DNA from: Chlorokybus atmophyticus
Lineage: Eukaryota > Plantae > Mesostigma and Chlorokybus algae
Assembly: GCA_009103225.1 (NCBI GenBank)
Contig: RHPI01000818.1
Span: 249,520-313,519, forward strand
Direction of reading: 5' to 3'
Length of the DNA stretch: 64,000 nucleotides
Part shown: in pieces, positions 28,101 to 42,398 of the stretch
How the letters are laid out: every line of letters begins with the position of its first letter
How positions within the stretch are numbered: the first letter of the stretch is position 1
Made by a program: the position numbers and the translations under genes
The notes under the pieces: generated by a model
Seen by the model: the letters and a program-made list of their open reading frames with translations, nothing else
What the model was told of the DNA's origin: nothing
Database searches by the model: none

Positions 28101-28464
28101 CACCACCATGCACAACACCGTGGTGCCTTAGTAAGGGAACCAACATGAGATCGTCTTGCTCAGGAGAGCACCATGCATCCGTGTGAAAGCGTCATGGTTG
28201 GTACTCAGCAATCAGCTAGAGGTGTCTCGCTGCCTGTACGCTATCTTGCATTCAATCCTCATGTGAGACAGTACCTTGCAACAGCGGCAGGATCCTCAAT
28301 CAAGGTGAGCTTGCGCTTCACAAGCGTGATGCACGTGTACATGAACGTGCATTGAGTGGGGTTGTGTTGTACAGGTATTGGAGTTGAGCCCACGATTGAC
28401 GGAAGTGAGGCGCGGGGAGCGTCGGCTCTTAGATCGATTGATTCAGGATGCTATAGCAAGTTAA
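25176..28464 (+). CDS. WDR34: Dynein-2 intermediate chain WDR34/DYNC2I2-like WD40 protein (intraflagellar transport)
   Basis: N-terminal KACQT and QAQT LC8-binding-type motifs, [72 protein letters not shown] and terminal [10 protein letters not shown]...IAS*. The start codon and some internal exon edges are uncertain. Confidence 0.82.
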
Positions 28465-29211
28465 TCTCTCAAGTGCTTTTGCACTGCACTGCATGTGTGA
28501 TCAGTGTGATGGGTCAACTCTTTGTTTGGTGCTACCTGTTGCGTGGTCCAAAACGGGGGAGGTATGTTGGCCTTCGCGTTGATGTACAGGTAGTGAATTG
28601 CTTGTGCGTTGTGATTGGCTGAGGGTCGCGGTATTGAAGAGAGCGACGACAGTGGCGCTGGGCTTGCCACAACCTGCCCTTTCAACTACCTTTTCGGATG
28701 TTGCAATGCTCTTGGCGAAGGCTGCATGCCAGCGTGTTCGGTTTGTTGATTGCGAGGTGTATTTGCATTGGTGATGTAAGTGGCTGCACCAGGTTGCTAT
28801 GTGTTTAGCACTACTGGCTTGCATATTGCGACCATGCATCGTATTGAACATGACATAAAAGCCATGTGCTGTGTGGTGGTTGCAAACCCAGTTCTGATCC
28901 TCTTTGGTCATGGACATGGTCAGATATGTAACAGGAATGTAGCGCGTGACTTGTCCTGATGAGGGGTGTTGAAACTATGCATAGCAAGGCAACAACTGGC
29001 CCGCAGGGGGGGGTAGGGGAGGAGAATCGGTGTTGACTGTGACATTGAACTACAACAGGGCATGCAAAGCACTCATGCGCTAACCGTGACTCCTGTGGCT
29101 CAGCCAGCAAACTAGTTCTGGACACAGGCTGCGTTACACAGCGCGCAACAATGCCATTACAATCATCTGAGCAAACCATGGTGCGCACCCTACTACCCTC
29201 CCCGTGCTACT

Positions 29212-31133
<1,922 letters not shown>

Positions 31134-32099
31134 CTGGGAAAGGGGACAGACACTTGTTATGCATGTGGGTGTGTAAATGCATGCGCACACGCGAGGGCTC
31201 AGCGAGTAAGAATCGTACCTACATACAGTACACAAAAGCAACAGATTTGAGTGCAAGCCTTGCACTCAAACTTGTTGCTTGTGTTCACCGTGTACTAGTA
31301 GTCAGACGTGCGTGTGAGTGTATGTCTATGTATGTGTACAATGTGTACAGGTGGACATGTGGGCACCACAGTCCCAATGCTACAGTACATTCTTAACTAC
31401 AAGCTTGCATGTCGAGGTGCTTGTTGTAACAGGGATTATGCAGGTGCACATGCACGTGTCCATCACGCACAGGCATTGTATGTGTATGAGTTGCAATCTG
31501 AAATAGGCTTGTGTGATGACACCTAACTGATGGCATGCCACAGAACTGCCATCCAGCACAACTTGACTGTCGCATGAGTATGTAAGCAACATCTTACTAA
31601 ACTCGCAACAAACCTGGCATAAAGACAGTTATGGTAATAACGACGGCCGTGACGAAAGAAACGCAGTAAATTACAAGACAAACGTGCGGTGCGTAACATG
31701 CCAGCGGAGCAACCCTGGTAGCATATCAGCTGACAAATTTGTGAGTGAGTGAGTGGGTTGGTAAGTCCTTGTCAACGGTTGACATGCACATTCCACCAGT
31801 GGCAATCTCAAGCACTGTACTGTAGTTGCATCCATTGCATGCGTAAGTATACAAGTTCTCACGCTGAAGGCAGGAGCTGCAATCAGGCTGCGAAGAAGAA
31901 GCATGCGCGCACTAACACCAGGCGCCACGCCCTAACATCACGCAGGGTCGCTCGCTCAGTCTCGCTTGGCAGCCCAAAGCCACTCACCCAGAGCCTCCTT
32001 CTCCTCAATCACCACGTCCACCTTGTCCTCCTCCCCCTCCTCGTTCTCCTCCTCCGCCGCCGCCCGACAAACAGACGCTGATCTTGGTTAGAGCAGACT

Positions 32100-32583
32100 G
32101 CAGCCTGGCGAGATTTTGCCCTCCGAAAATCGGTCCGGTTCGGTCGAAGATCCACGCTTCGAACCGGACCTATTTTGGAGGGGGACCGGGCTTGTCAACT
32201 GGATCGGTCCGTCACATTGATATCGAGGCTGTCTCCTCCGATAGATATCAGCGTTGATCCGCCACGTCGACCATTCCCGCCACGTGTGCTGAGGTCGATA
32301 TCGACGCCATGGTAACTCTATACAGCCTTGCAGATATCAATCAATCACGTGACCGGCCCAGCGGCGGCGGCGGCGGCTGTGGTGGTGGTGGTAGTGGTGG
32401 TGTTGGCCTGGCTGCCGTTGTGGCGCTGACTGGACGCCGCCGGGTGTAGGCCCTAAGGGTTGGACACGGGAAGGGGCCGAGTGGAAAGCGAGCGAGTTTC
32501 TCTTCTTCAGCGTAGTGAGATAAGCGGATGGCTTGTTGCTGTTGGCGCTGCGTGCTAAGGCGTGGTGACGGACAAGGTGGGTG
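32100..32583. promoter_or_regulatory. Probable bidirectional promoter between the SDR and RNF32 genes, with a long inverted repeat and clustered GATATC motifs
   Basis: Lies between divergent genes, is CpG-rich and lacks microsatellites. Inverted repeat at 32121-32180; four GATATC sites between 32218 and 32340. Confidence 0.45.
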
Positions 32584-35014
32584 ATGATGATGAGGTCAGG
32601 TAGAGGAGGAGGAGGAGGAGGGAGGAAGCGCTGCCTTTCTACAACTCCAGATGTAAGTGTGCAGTTGCAGATCATGGTCTTCATCTTTGTGAGATTATTT
32701 ATCTTGTTGTGGTGTGCAATGCAGACAATGTGATATTTTCCAGCAACGGGGGTTTTGCCAACCCCACACTAATGTAACGAAGACACGAAATTGGTTGAAC
32801 ATTGATGTATGCGTTGAGATGCGCACATTCGTACACACAAACTGTGCATGTGGGCAATATAAAAACGCACAAACGCACGCAAGCAGGCGCGCACGCACAG
32901 CCCTCATGGTGTGATTAGACAGGTGTAGAAGAAATAGTGTGCGAGTGTCAAGTCAGTTTCAGTTTGGGTGCCGGCCACAGCGGTCGTGTACATAAGGGCA
33001 ACTGAAAACCATGAGGACACATACGCGCATTCAAGCACGAGCACGCGCATGCGCACAAACACGCAGCGACAGCGTGCATGTGAGTGAGTCTTACATAAAT
33101 TTCTCAACATGTCGGCAATGTGGATTTCAGGCTCAGCTGCTCCACGCAGCGGCTTTCCAGGATCACTTCGCGCGCTCGCTCAAGCTCAACGCCATCAACA
33201 ACGTCAAGCACCAGACCAAGCAGAAGAAGAAGCAGGCCGCCGCCGTTGGGCCCGGTGACAAGGATGCGGACAGCACCGGAGATCGCACCTCCACCAACAC
33301 GACAGACACTGACAACATCGACGATCAACAACACCGCCAGCGTCTAACACTTGGTAGTTACCCACATGTCTGTTATCTATCGCATCTAAACGATAAAGTG
33401 TCAACATGAAATCATATCGCAAACGGCACGCATGCTGCACTAGCAAACATCAATGGGCCCGAGTGTTATGCTGTGTGTATGTGTGCACGCCCGCGCGCGT
33501 ACACGTGCGTGAGAGTGTTCAGGATGAGCCTACTCCTTCCTCCTCCTAGTTGTTCGTGCTAGCTGCCTTGCACGTGTCTACGCATACATGTGTCTACGGC
33601 TGCTCCATGTAGGTAGTTACACCCTTCTAACTGTAACTCTGGTTACCAGCTCAGCGGCTCGGGCTAGTTGCCGCTCCCCCTCCCCGCCAGTCTCTTCGCT
33701 CAGCCCGCGCAGCCGCCCGCCAGCGAGGCGACCGCGCCTGCCCCGTCTGCCGCGAGCCCTTCCTCCAAGCTGTTGACACACACAACCACAACTACAACCA
33801 CAACCATAATGGGCGCCAGCTGCTTCTCAGCTGCTCCCACACCTTCCATCATGTGAGGAGAGGGGGGGAGGAGGTGTCGCTCACTATTTTGTATATGAGT
33901 GGTGAGTGAAGAGAACCTGTGCATGTGCAGGCGTGTTTGAGGAGTTGGGAGAGGCATGTTGGAGGGAGGGTTTGTCCCGTGTGCAGAGGGGAAGATTATG
34001 TTACCACGGTTATAAGCGACGGGGCCAACTATGCCCGCGCACATGCTGCTACCGTGTAAGTGGCTATGGTAAAAACTAAGTACCTGCTTAAGGAGCATAT
34101 TGCTGTAATGGTTGTCGCTGTGCAGCATGCAGGCCGCATGGAGGGGTTTTCTTGCGCGGGTTCGGTTTCAGCGTCTCTTAGCGAGCATCCCGCCAAAGAG
34201 CCCCTCTGCGCGGCGCGTCTTCTTTGCAAATAAGGTGTGTTGTGTTCTTATTGTTGTGTGCTACCGTAAGCGTTGGTTGGTTGTGTCACAAGTTGTCCTT
34301 GAAACTGCAGTTGGAGGGGTTGAACAACGCTCTGCTGCACGACATCCAGAGCGAGCGCAGCGAATACGACGCGCTCGTAGCAGAGATGGACGCCGCTATC
34401 GCACACAGCCACTGCATATACAGGTGCAGAAGTGAACACTTGAGAAACAACATCAGGCTCACGTGCAATGTCAACCTTATCTGTGTGCTCACCACATACA
34501 CACGCACGCACACACAGGCTTGCTACTGGTCATGCTGACTCCCCACCTTGCTCGCCTGATGCCCTGCCACCTGTATCTCCGACACCGCCTTCACCTCAGA
34601 GGGTGCCTCAGGATACCATATGGACAGAGGCAGCCATCAAGGTGACAGACCACAAGACCACCTCACAACCACACGCTAGCATAATGCAACACACTGATTC
34701 ATTTGCCTGTTCAGGCTGTTGAGCGCGGTGCAGAAGACTGTCCCATATGTCTGATACCTTTGGACACCCCAGCATCAGGCCACGTTTATGCCGCCAATAC
34801 CGATGATAGCAACCTTCCCCAGCACCGATCCATTGCTTTGCTGACCTGCAGCCACGTTTTCCACTCGCAGTGCATTGCGAACTTCGAGGCATTCACTAAA
34901 AGAAACAAAGGAGACAGAAATGTTGTTGGCAGCCAGGGCAGTAACAGTAGTATCAGCAGTCATCTAGCGTGCCCTGTTTGCCGCGCAGCCTACCAGCGCA
35001 GCACCTTTGTATAG
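32584..35014 (+). CDS. RNF32: RING-H2 / IQ / RING-H2 E3 ligase, RNF32-like, 421 aa
   Basis: Exons 32584-32652, 33131-33353, 33650-33852, 33931-34055, 34126-34234, 34311-34423, 34518-34641 and 34715-35014 total 1266 nt in frame. Motifs: AAAFQDHF, LTLAQRLGL, CPVC..LLLSCSHTFHHACL..CPVCR, IQ-like MQAAWRGFLAR, CPIC..LLTCSHVFHSQC..CPVCR. Confidence 0.88.
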
Positions 35015-35440
35015 ACATCTGCTGCAACGATTACCTGGCGCTATTCGGATCTAGCTGTTTGTCCTTCCAGATGCAGTAACATATCGTTTGCCCAACGGTG
35101 ACGGTGCCGTGCTCAGATCGGTACGAACTGCAGGCTTGGTACAAGTTGATGACATGAGAACCTCAGCAACGCAGCAGTACTGCCAATAGTGGCTACAAGG
35201 CCTCAAGGTCCTGCTCTGCGGCAGTCGTGCTAAGATGCGCAGCAAGGCTGTGAGTGTTGAGTGCACTATGTGAGCAGAACCCCACCACTAACTCAGGTAC
35301 TAACTCAGGTACTTCTTCCCTCACACAGCCACTCGTGCTTGAATGAACAGGTCCGAAATGGTTCGTGCACAGATGTGTGCATGAATCATTGACCCGTGGC
35401 CAGGGTACTAGCCATGGGTCAATGACTAGTTCCACAACAA

Positions 35441-35700
35441 CTATTGCGACAAATCATCATCAGAGCCCTTGGCAACCTTCATATCTTGGACGTCAGCATC
35501 GCTGTCATCGTAGTCATCATAGTCAGAGTTAGAGTCGTTCTGGTAGTTGTCCTCATCGCAGTCAGAGTGGCTGTCATGGTTGCACACCCTGCAACTGCAC
35601 TGTACTGCCAAACAGTGGCCAAAACCTACAGATGGGCTTGCACTGCAGAGCACAATTTAGATGCTAATGCTGTAGCAAACCACACGTACGCTGATGGGCG
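35441..35700 (-). pseudogene. 3' remnant of an F-box/LRR-like gene (paralog of 48260-49730)
   Basis: VQCSCRVCNHDSHSDCDEDN...VAKGS matches the C-terminus VQCSCRLCNHDSDSDYDEDN of the downstream copy. The rest of the gene is missing. Confidence 0.7.
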
Positions 35701-36133
35701 ACACTGTGCAAATCCATAGCGGTGCGGTGGCAAGCAAGTATTCAACGAGGCACACAGCCAGCTTTCTTAGGTACCCAAAAGCACAACACACAGGCACGCA
35801 CGCATGCTTGTGCTAATGTACACAAGTATACACATCACAAACAACCCTTCGGGGTGAAAGCGCACGCCTTGACCACCGCCCTCACGCCGTCAGGAATCGC
35901 AAAGTGAGGCAACTGATGTTTAGCTGTAATTGAATAGCGCTTACCAGGCAATGCGCCACCACCTTGCGCAATGCTTGCCGCTACTGCTTTTGCGCTGGCA
36001 CTGCCGTTGCTGCAGGGGAGGTCTGCCCTAGGCTTGGGAGTGCCCCTGACAGGCACACCCTGACCCCAACCCTCCCTCCTCGGAGCAGATTGCAGCACTG
36101 CTGCGTTGCAGCAGGCCAAGGCCAACGCCTGCT

Positions 36134-37114
36134 TGTCACGCCCACAGGGCAAGCAAAAGTCATTCTCTGTCCCTTACTTGTGTGGTAAGTAAGATGAGAC
36201 CAAGTGGGGACCCACACTACGCAAGCGTGTGTAGTGCTTGTGGGTGTGCTCTCATGTAGGTCTGCTCTAGAGCCTGTGCGGCCTTGAGCATGATGAACTA
36301 CACAAGGCATGATTGCAAGCACAGGGCTGATCATAGCCGATGAGACATCATGTGATGTACAGAGACATGTGTGTGCATATGTCCGCATGTGTATGCATGT
36401 GTTTGCATATGTGTGCACATGTACGCATATGAGTGCATATGCGTGCATGAGAGGTATGTACTAGATGTATGCATGTATATGCATGCATGCGCATATGTGT
36501 GCATATGCGCGCATATGTATGCATAAGGATGCATATGTATGCATGAGTATGATGTCCTAGGCTGATGTGACCAGCCAAGGACGTTCACAACGTCCAAGGA
36601 TGATGTGTGTGATGTCCTAGGCTGATGTGACCAGCCTAGGGACGTTTACAATGTCCGAGGCTGATGTGGATCAGCCCTAGACATGAGTTGTGGTCAACGC
36701 AGCCATGACAAGGCATGTAGCCTTGGACTTGAATGGATGTTCTAGGTCGGAGAGCAGCAAAGAGAGGGTATATGAACGGCCTCAACATGTGTTGAGGCAG
36801 CTCAGCATGTGCATACTCGACTCTTGTGTGTGGGGTGCCTAGTTTAGTTGTTCAAGGGGCTCTCCCTCTCATCCCATGTGGGGTGTGATGTCCGTGGCAG
36901 CTTTGCACATGTGTGTGAGGTGTGCTTGAGTGTGTGAGTGTGTGGGAGCTGAGTAGAGAGGTTGGTGTCATCCTCTCCTTCCTTGGTGCGGTGCTGTGAC
37001 TTCCTCTGCAAGGTACTGCACCAGTGACGCTGGTAGGGCTTCCAGTAGTAAGTCCTTGTGCTTGTGCATAAGTTTGCCAAGCCGCCCAGCAAGTAAGTGA
37101 GTGGTATCGTTACA
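36134..37114 (+). repeat. 5' LTR
   Basis: About seven differences from 42399-43380 by eye; TG...CA ends; internal ~60-bp tandem units at 36551 and 36611. Confidence 0.95.
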
Positions 37115-37893
37115 TNGCCTCAACATGTGTTGAGGCAGCTCAGCATGTGCATACAATCATCAACTCTTGTGTGTGGGGTGCCTAGTTTAGTTGTTCAAGG
37201 GGCTCTCCCTCTCATCCCATGTCGGGTGTGATGTCCGTGGCAGCATTACGCATGTGTGTGAGGTGTGCTTGAGTGTGTGAGTGTGTGGGAGCTGAGTAGA
37301 GAGGTTGGTGTCATCCTCTCCTTCCTTGGTGCGGTGCTGTGACTTCCTCTGCAAGGTACTGCACCAGTGACGCTGGTAGGGCTTCCAGTAGTAAGTCCTT
37401 GTGCTTGTGCATAAGTTTGCCAAGCCGCCCAGCAAGTAAGTGAGTGGTATCGTTACATTGGACTCGGAGCTTGCATTCCAAGCCTTGCATGCTTGCCCAT
37501 CAGCTCATGCACTTGCTGCACCGTGCGTGCGTTGCATTCTTTGCTTGCACGCACTACATGGCAGGGTTTTGAGCTGATTGTGCATGCTAGTTGGTGCGTC
37601 CAGCTGCGTGCACACTTGCATGCACGATGTGGGTCGTTCTACACGCTGATTTGAGCATTAGTTGTGTGTTCTTGCTGCACATACACAGCATTACACACGC
37701 ATTGGCTTGTTGCTGCACCAGCTGCACGTGTGCGCGTGTGTGCGCGCGTGTGCGCGTGAGTGCATCTGTTACAGGGACCTCACCTTGTGGTGTTGGCCCT
37801 AACCTTTGTGGCAATGGCTGAGCAAGAGCATACAGCAAGAGAGGAGGTATCTTGGGGCAATGATGTTGCTAAGACCACCCGACAGCTTACACT

Positions 37894-40800
37894 TTGGGTG
37901 CCACGTTGTGTGAGCAGGTAACAGAGTTACAGCAACAATACGAGGCCAACATAGCTCAATGGCAACGGTCAAGTGACATCGTTGACTGTGCAATCCTAAG
38001 TAAGGGACATGTTGGTGCATCTGTTGATGCAAGTGTACATAACCACCGAGAGCGTAAGCGTAGCCGTGAAGCACAGCTCTGTGAAGCTGAAGCTGATGCT
38101 GCTCGGAGCCATGCTCTCATGTATAAGGGACATGAAGAGAGCAAGCCATGTATACAACAGGGATTGCCAATGGCTAGCTGCTCTGTGGACGTTGATACGC
38201 AATGTGCTTTCAGTGATTTGATGTCACGCCTTCCCCAACCATGCAATGTCGCTGTGTGGGACAACGAGTTGGGTGTACAGGTAGATAATCAATTCATGCA
38301 GCACGACTGTGCGGGCAAGTGTGTCTTGCTCAATGCACCTGTTGACGAGTTGTCAAACATGCTCAAGCACTATGTGGATTGCAAGAGCAAGAGTGCGCAC
38401 AACACAAGTGCATGCGTGGTTGTACCCAAGCGTCCTGGGTTGTGGACCCGCTTTGTTAAGGGCATGCAGGTCCTGGGAGAGGTCAAGCTAGGTAAGGGGC
38501 AGATGCGTGTGTTGTATGACCCCCTTGCCATCCATGAGGTAAGTACTCTGGACTTGACTTGGTTGTTCAAGGCTTCTGTTGCGCATGTGCCGTGGATCTT
38601 GATGATAGACACGGGCACACCTGAGAACTTCGTGAGTGAATCTCTTGTGCGACGCTTAGGCATTCGTGTCAACAAGTGTGATGACACGGTTGTTGCCTTG
38701 AACAAGCTTGAGATCCCCGTGCGGGGAGTTGTACGCTTGTCTGTGCGTGTGCAAGGCTATCATGCTCAGCTCAAGTTCTTGGTCATCCCAGTAGAGGTGC
38801 CAGGCGTGGATGTCATTGTTGGCAGCCACTGGGAGCAAGCATGTGGCTTGCGCACAGACGCGGACACAAAACTTTGCAGTGTACGCAAAGGTCGAGGTCG
38901 TGTGACCTTGCATGCAGATGGGCACAATGTTGCGCCCACTGTTAGCTCTGTTTATGATGCATCAAGTACGGATGTCTTTTGTTTTTTGTTGAGTGCCATG
39001 CAGGTGAAGAGGGCTGTTCGCCATGGAGCTCAACCTCTTCTAGTGCTTGTCTGGCCAGTCGGCAACGACGACACTTCTACCTCAGTTGGTGAGACCGGTG
39101 GCAAGCCACCAGACACGGCCCTTGAAGGTCTGTCGTCTAAATTTTCTGATGTGTTGCAAGCTGCATTGCCTGCATTGCCACCTGAGAGGGACGTCTGGCA
39201 TTCAATCCCTCCAGAGTCTGATGCGCAGCCTCCGTTCAGACCTGTGTATAGGCTGAGTCCAGCTGAGTATGCGGACATGGAGGGGCAGATCAAGGCCTTG
39301 CTTAGGAAGGGATTGATTGAGCCAAGTAGCTCTCCTTTCGGAGCACCCATTCTTTTCGTACCTAAGAAGGACGGCAGGCTACGCATGTGCGTAGACTATA
39401 GGGCCTTGAACAAGCTGACCATCAAGAACAGGTATCCGCTGCCAAGGATAGATGATTTGCTTGATCAACTGAGTGGTGCCTCAGTGTTCAGCTCCTTGGA
39501 TCTCATCAGTGGGTACCGTCAGATCCGGATCACACCGGAAGATGTGCCAAAGACAGCGTTCAGAACGCCTGTGGGACACTTTCAATACAAAGTGCTGCCT
39601 TTTGGTCTGACAAATGCGCCAGCCACCTTTCAAGCTATGATGAACCGTGTGTTTCACAAGCTGATCGGGAAGACAGTGCTTGTATATCTTGATGATATAT
39701 TTGTGTTCAGCAAGGATGCTAACATGCACGTGACGCAAGTGCGCGAGGTGTTGGAAACGCTGCGTGCGCACCGACTCTATGCTTACATGCCCAAGTGCGA
39801 GTTTGGCAAGAAGAAACTAGAGTTCCTCGGGCACATTGTGAGCAAGGAGGGCGTGCGCCCTGACCCAAGGAAGGTTGCCAAGGTCAAGGATTGGCCTAGT
39901 CCCAAGAATGTGCACAAGCTGCGCGCATCTTTAGGCTTGAGCAACTATTTCCGCAAGTACATTCTGGGTTACTCATCGCGTGTTGCCCCTCTCACTAATC
40001 AGTTGCGTGACAAGGTCGTGTGGAGGTGGTCACAGAGGCAGCAAGAAGCCTTTACGTCCATCAAAGAGGCTTAAGTGACAGCGCCTGTGTTGCAGCTGCC
40101 GGACTTCACCAAGCCCTTTGAGGTAAACTGTGATGCCTATGTTGAAGGCACTGGTGCTGTGTTGCTCCAGAGTGGGCACCCTCTTGCTTATGCTAGCAAG
40201 GAGTTCTCTCCTGCTGAGAGGAACCATACAACAACCGAGCAAGAGTTGTTGGGGGTAGTCCATGCGCTACAAGAGTGGCGTTGCTATCTAGAGGGGGTGG
40301 AAGGCGGGTTTAGTGTGTTTACGGACCACAACCCCCTTGTTTTCTTTCAGACCCAACCAACCTTGTCGAGAAGACAAGCGAGGTGGGCTGAGTACTTGTG
40401 TAGATTCAACTTTACCTGGGTTTACAGACTAGGGAGAGTGAATGTGGCAGACCCTTTCAGCTGTTCGCCATTGCTGTTGGCAGTGACAACAAGTGCACGT
40501 GCACGAAGCCAAGGGTGGGCACAAGCAAGTGTTGCTAGTGCCAGTACTTTCGAGTTGCCATCTGTGCATGAGCAAGTTGTCAATGAGACACCAGTGGCAA
40601 CAGAGACCAGCGAGATGCCAACTGAGCTCGAGAGAGCAGACAGTGAAGCACCGTTGGTAGTGCACGAGCCAAGTGGGGAGGACCCAATGGCCGTTGATGT
40701 GGAAGACATCATACAGCGTTTGCCTAGTGCTTATGCACTTGACACACCTGGTTTGTTGAGTTGCTGAAGCAGGCAGACGACAAGATCACTTGTCACAAGG

Positions 40801-42146
40801 GCCTCTGGTACCGTAAGGGCAAGTTGATAGTGCCAAATGCACTCGGCTTGAGGCAAGAGTGTCTGTTTGAGGCACACAATTCCGTGTACAGTGGGCACAT
40901 GGGAATGGCAAAGACCATCAAGCAGCTGCAGAGACAGTATTGGTGGCCGAGCTTGGGTGCTGATGCATCTAAATATGTCGCGTGTTGTGACACTTGTAAA
41001 AGAAACAAGGCCTCGCACAGGAAGCCAGCAGGGTTGCTGAAGCCCTTGGCTATTTCCAACCATCAATGGGAGAGTGTGAGCATGGATCTGATCACAGATC
41101 TACCTGTGACAAAGAAGGGACACAGTGCTGTCATTGTCTTTGTTGATCGCTTGACCAAGATGGTCAGATTTGAGCCCTGTCGCACAGACATTGATGCGCA
41201 AGAGTTTGCGTTTGTCTTTGTGAACTCGGTGTTCAGATCACACGGTGTACCCAAAGAGTTGGTGTCTGACCGTGACCCCACGTTTGTGAGCCAGTTCTGG
41301 CAGGCTGTGTGCCGGTACTTGGGGACTAAGCAGAGCTTGAGCACTGCTTACCATCCACAGAGTGACGGACAGACGGAGCGCGTCAATCAGGTGTTGGAAG
41401 ATGTGCTACGCCACTACACGTCACCCAGGTTTGATGATTGGGATGTGTACCTGCCACTTGCTGAGTTCGCTGTGAACAATGCATGGCATGAGTCGCTAAG
41501 AAGCACTCCTTTCTATCTGAACTACGGTCGTCATGTGTTGACACCCATGTCTCTGAATGTCGAGCCATTCAACAAAGTGCCGATGTCTAGAGACTTCACA
41601 GAGAGCATGTATGCCTCGTTGGCACATGCAAAGAACTGCTTGAGAGCAGCACAAGACAGGCAAAAGATGTATGTCAACAGGCAACGTAGGCCTGGAGATG
41701 AGCTCCAAGTTGGAGATCAAGTGTTGTTGAGCTCGAAGAACATTCGACTCAAAACAAGCGGGGTACACAAGTTGCTACCAAGATGGCTGGGTCCATTCCG
41801 CATCGCCGACAGTGTTGGTGACCGTGCCTTTCGGCTTGACTTGCCGAAGAGCATGCGAGTACATGATGTGTTTCATGTAGCACTGCTGAAACAGTACAAG
41901 AGTGACGGTCGAGTGCAACCCCCTCCCCCTCCAGCTGAGGTTGAGGGCGATCTCGAGTATGAGGTCGAGGCCATTGTTGGCAAACGGTTAAGAAAATACA
42001 AGAAGAACTTTCGGATCCAATTCTTGGTGAAGTGGCTTGGTTATGGTGAAGAGCATAACACCTGGGAGCTGAAAACCAACTTGGCAAACTGTGCTGCCTT
42101 GTTGGAGGAGTTTGAGAATGAGGTCAAATCCACAGGTGCCACTTGA
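37894..42146 (+). pseudogene. pol: Polyprotein: Dam-like segment, aspartic protease, RT, RNase H, integrase, chromodomain; one nonsense codon and one frameshift
   Basis: DTG at 38608; YLDD at 39685; TAA at 40072-40074 in KEA*VTAPVL; RNase H CDA...TEQELL...TDH; frameshift near 40745 (YALD/PWF); integrase HHCC and DDE core; GPF motif; chromodomain EYEVEAIV...FLVKWLGY...NTWE. Confidence 0.93.
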
Positions 42147-42385
42147 GAGCGTGTGCTCAGAGCTACTAGTGCTCAGCCTGTAGGAGCATGTGCACATGCC
42201 CACAGCATCTTTATGTGACATACCAACACCGCATGCACTGGTACACAGTATCAGAGTTGGTTGTCACTCCCACGACTTGCACTACTTTCACGTGAAGCAC
42301 TGCCACTCAGTTAGGCCTGGCCAGCCAAGCTGCGGTTTGTGCGGGACTAGTGTCCCACCCTTTTGCAAAGCGGTCGTTGCAATGC

Positions 42386-42398
42386 AAGTGGGGAGGAA
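42386..42398 (+). other. Polypurine tract
   Basis: AAGTGGGGAGGAA immediately before the TG of the 3' LTR. Confidence 0.85.

Noticed and set aside
37115-37457. Apparent tandem duplication of the 3' third of the 5' LTR
   Set aside because: It starts at a single N (37116) and differs more from both full LTRs than they differ from each other. It is most likely a contig join between different copies, so it is not claimed as biology without long reads.
37814-37900. Programmed -1 frameshift between the ATG at 37814 and the pol ORF
   Set aside because: There is no canonical X XXY YYZ slippery heptamer, and a simple indel in a decaying copy is more likely.
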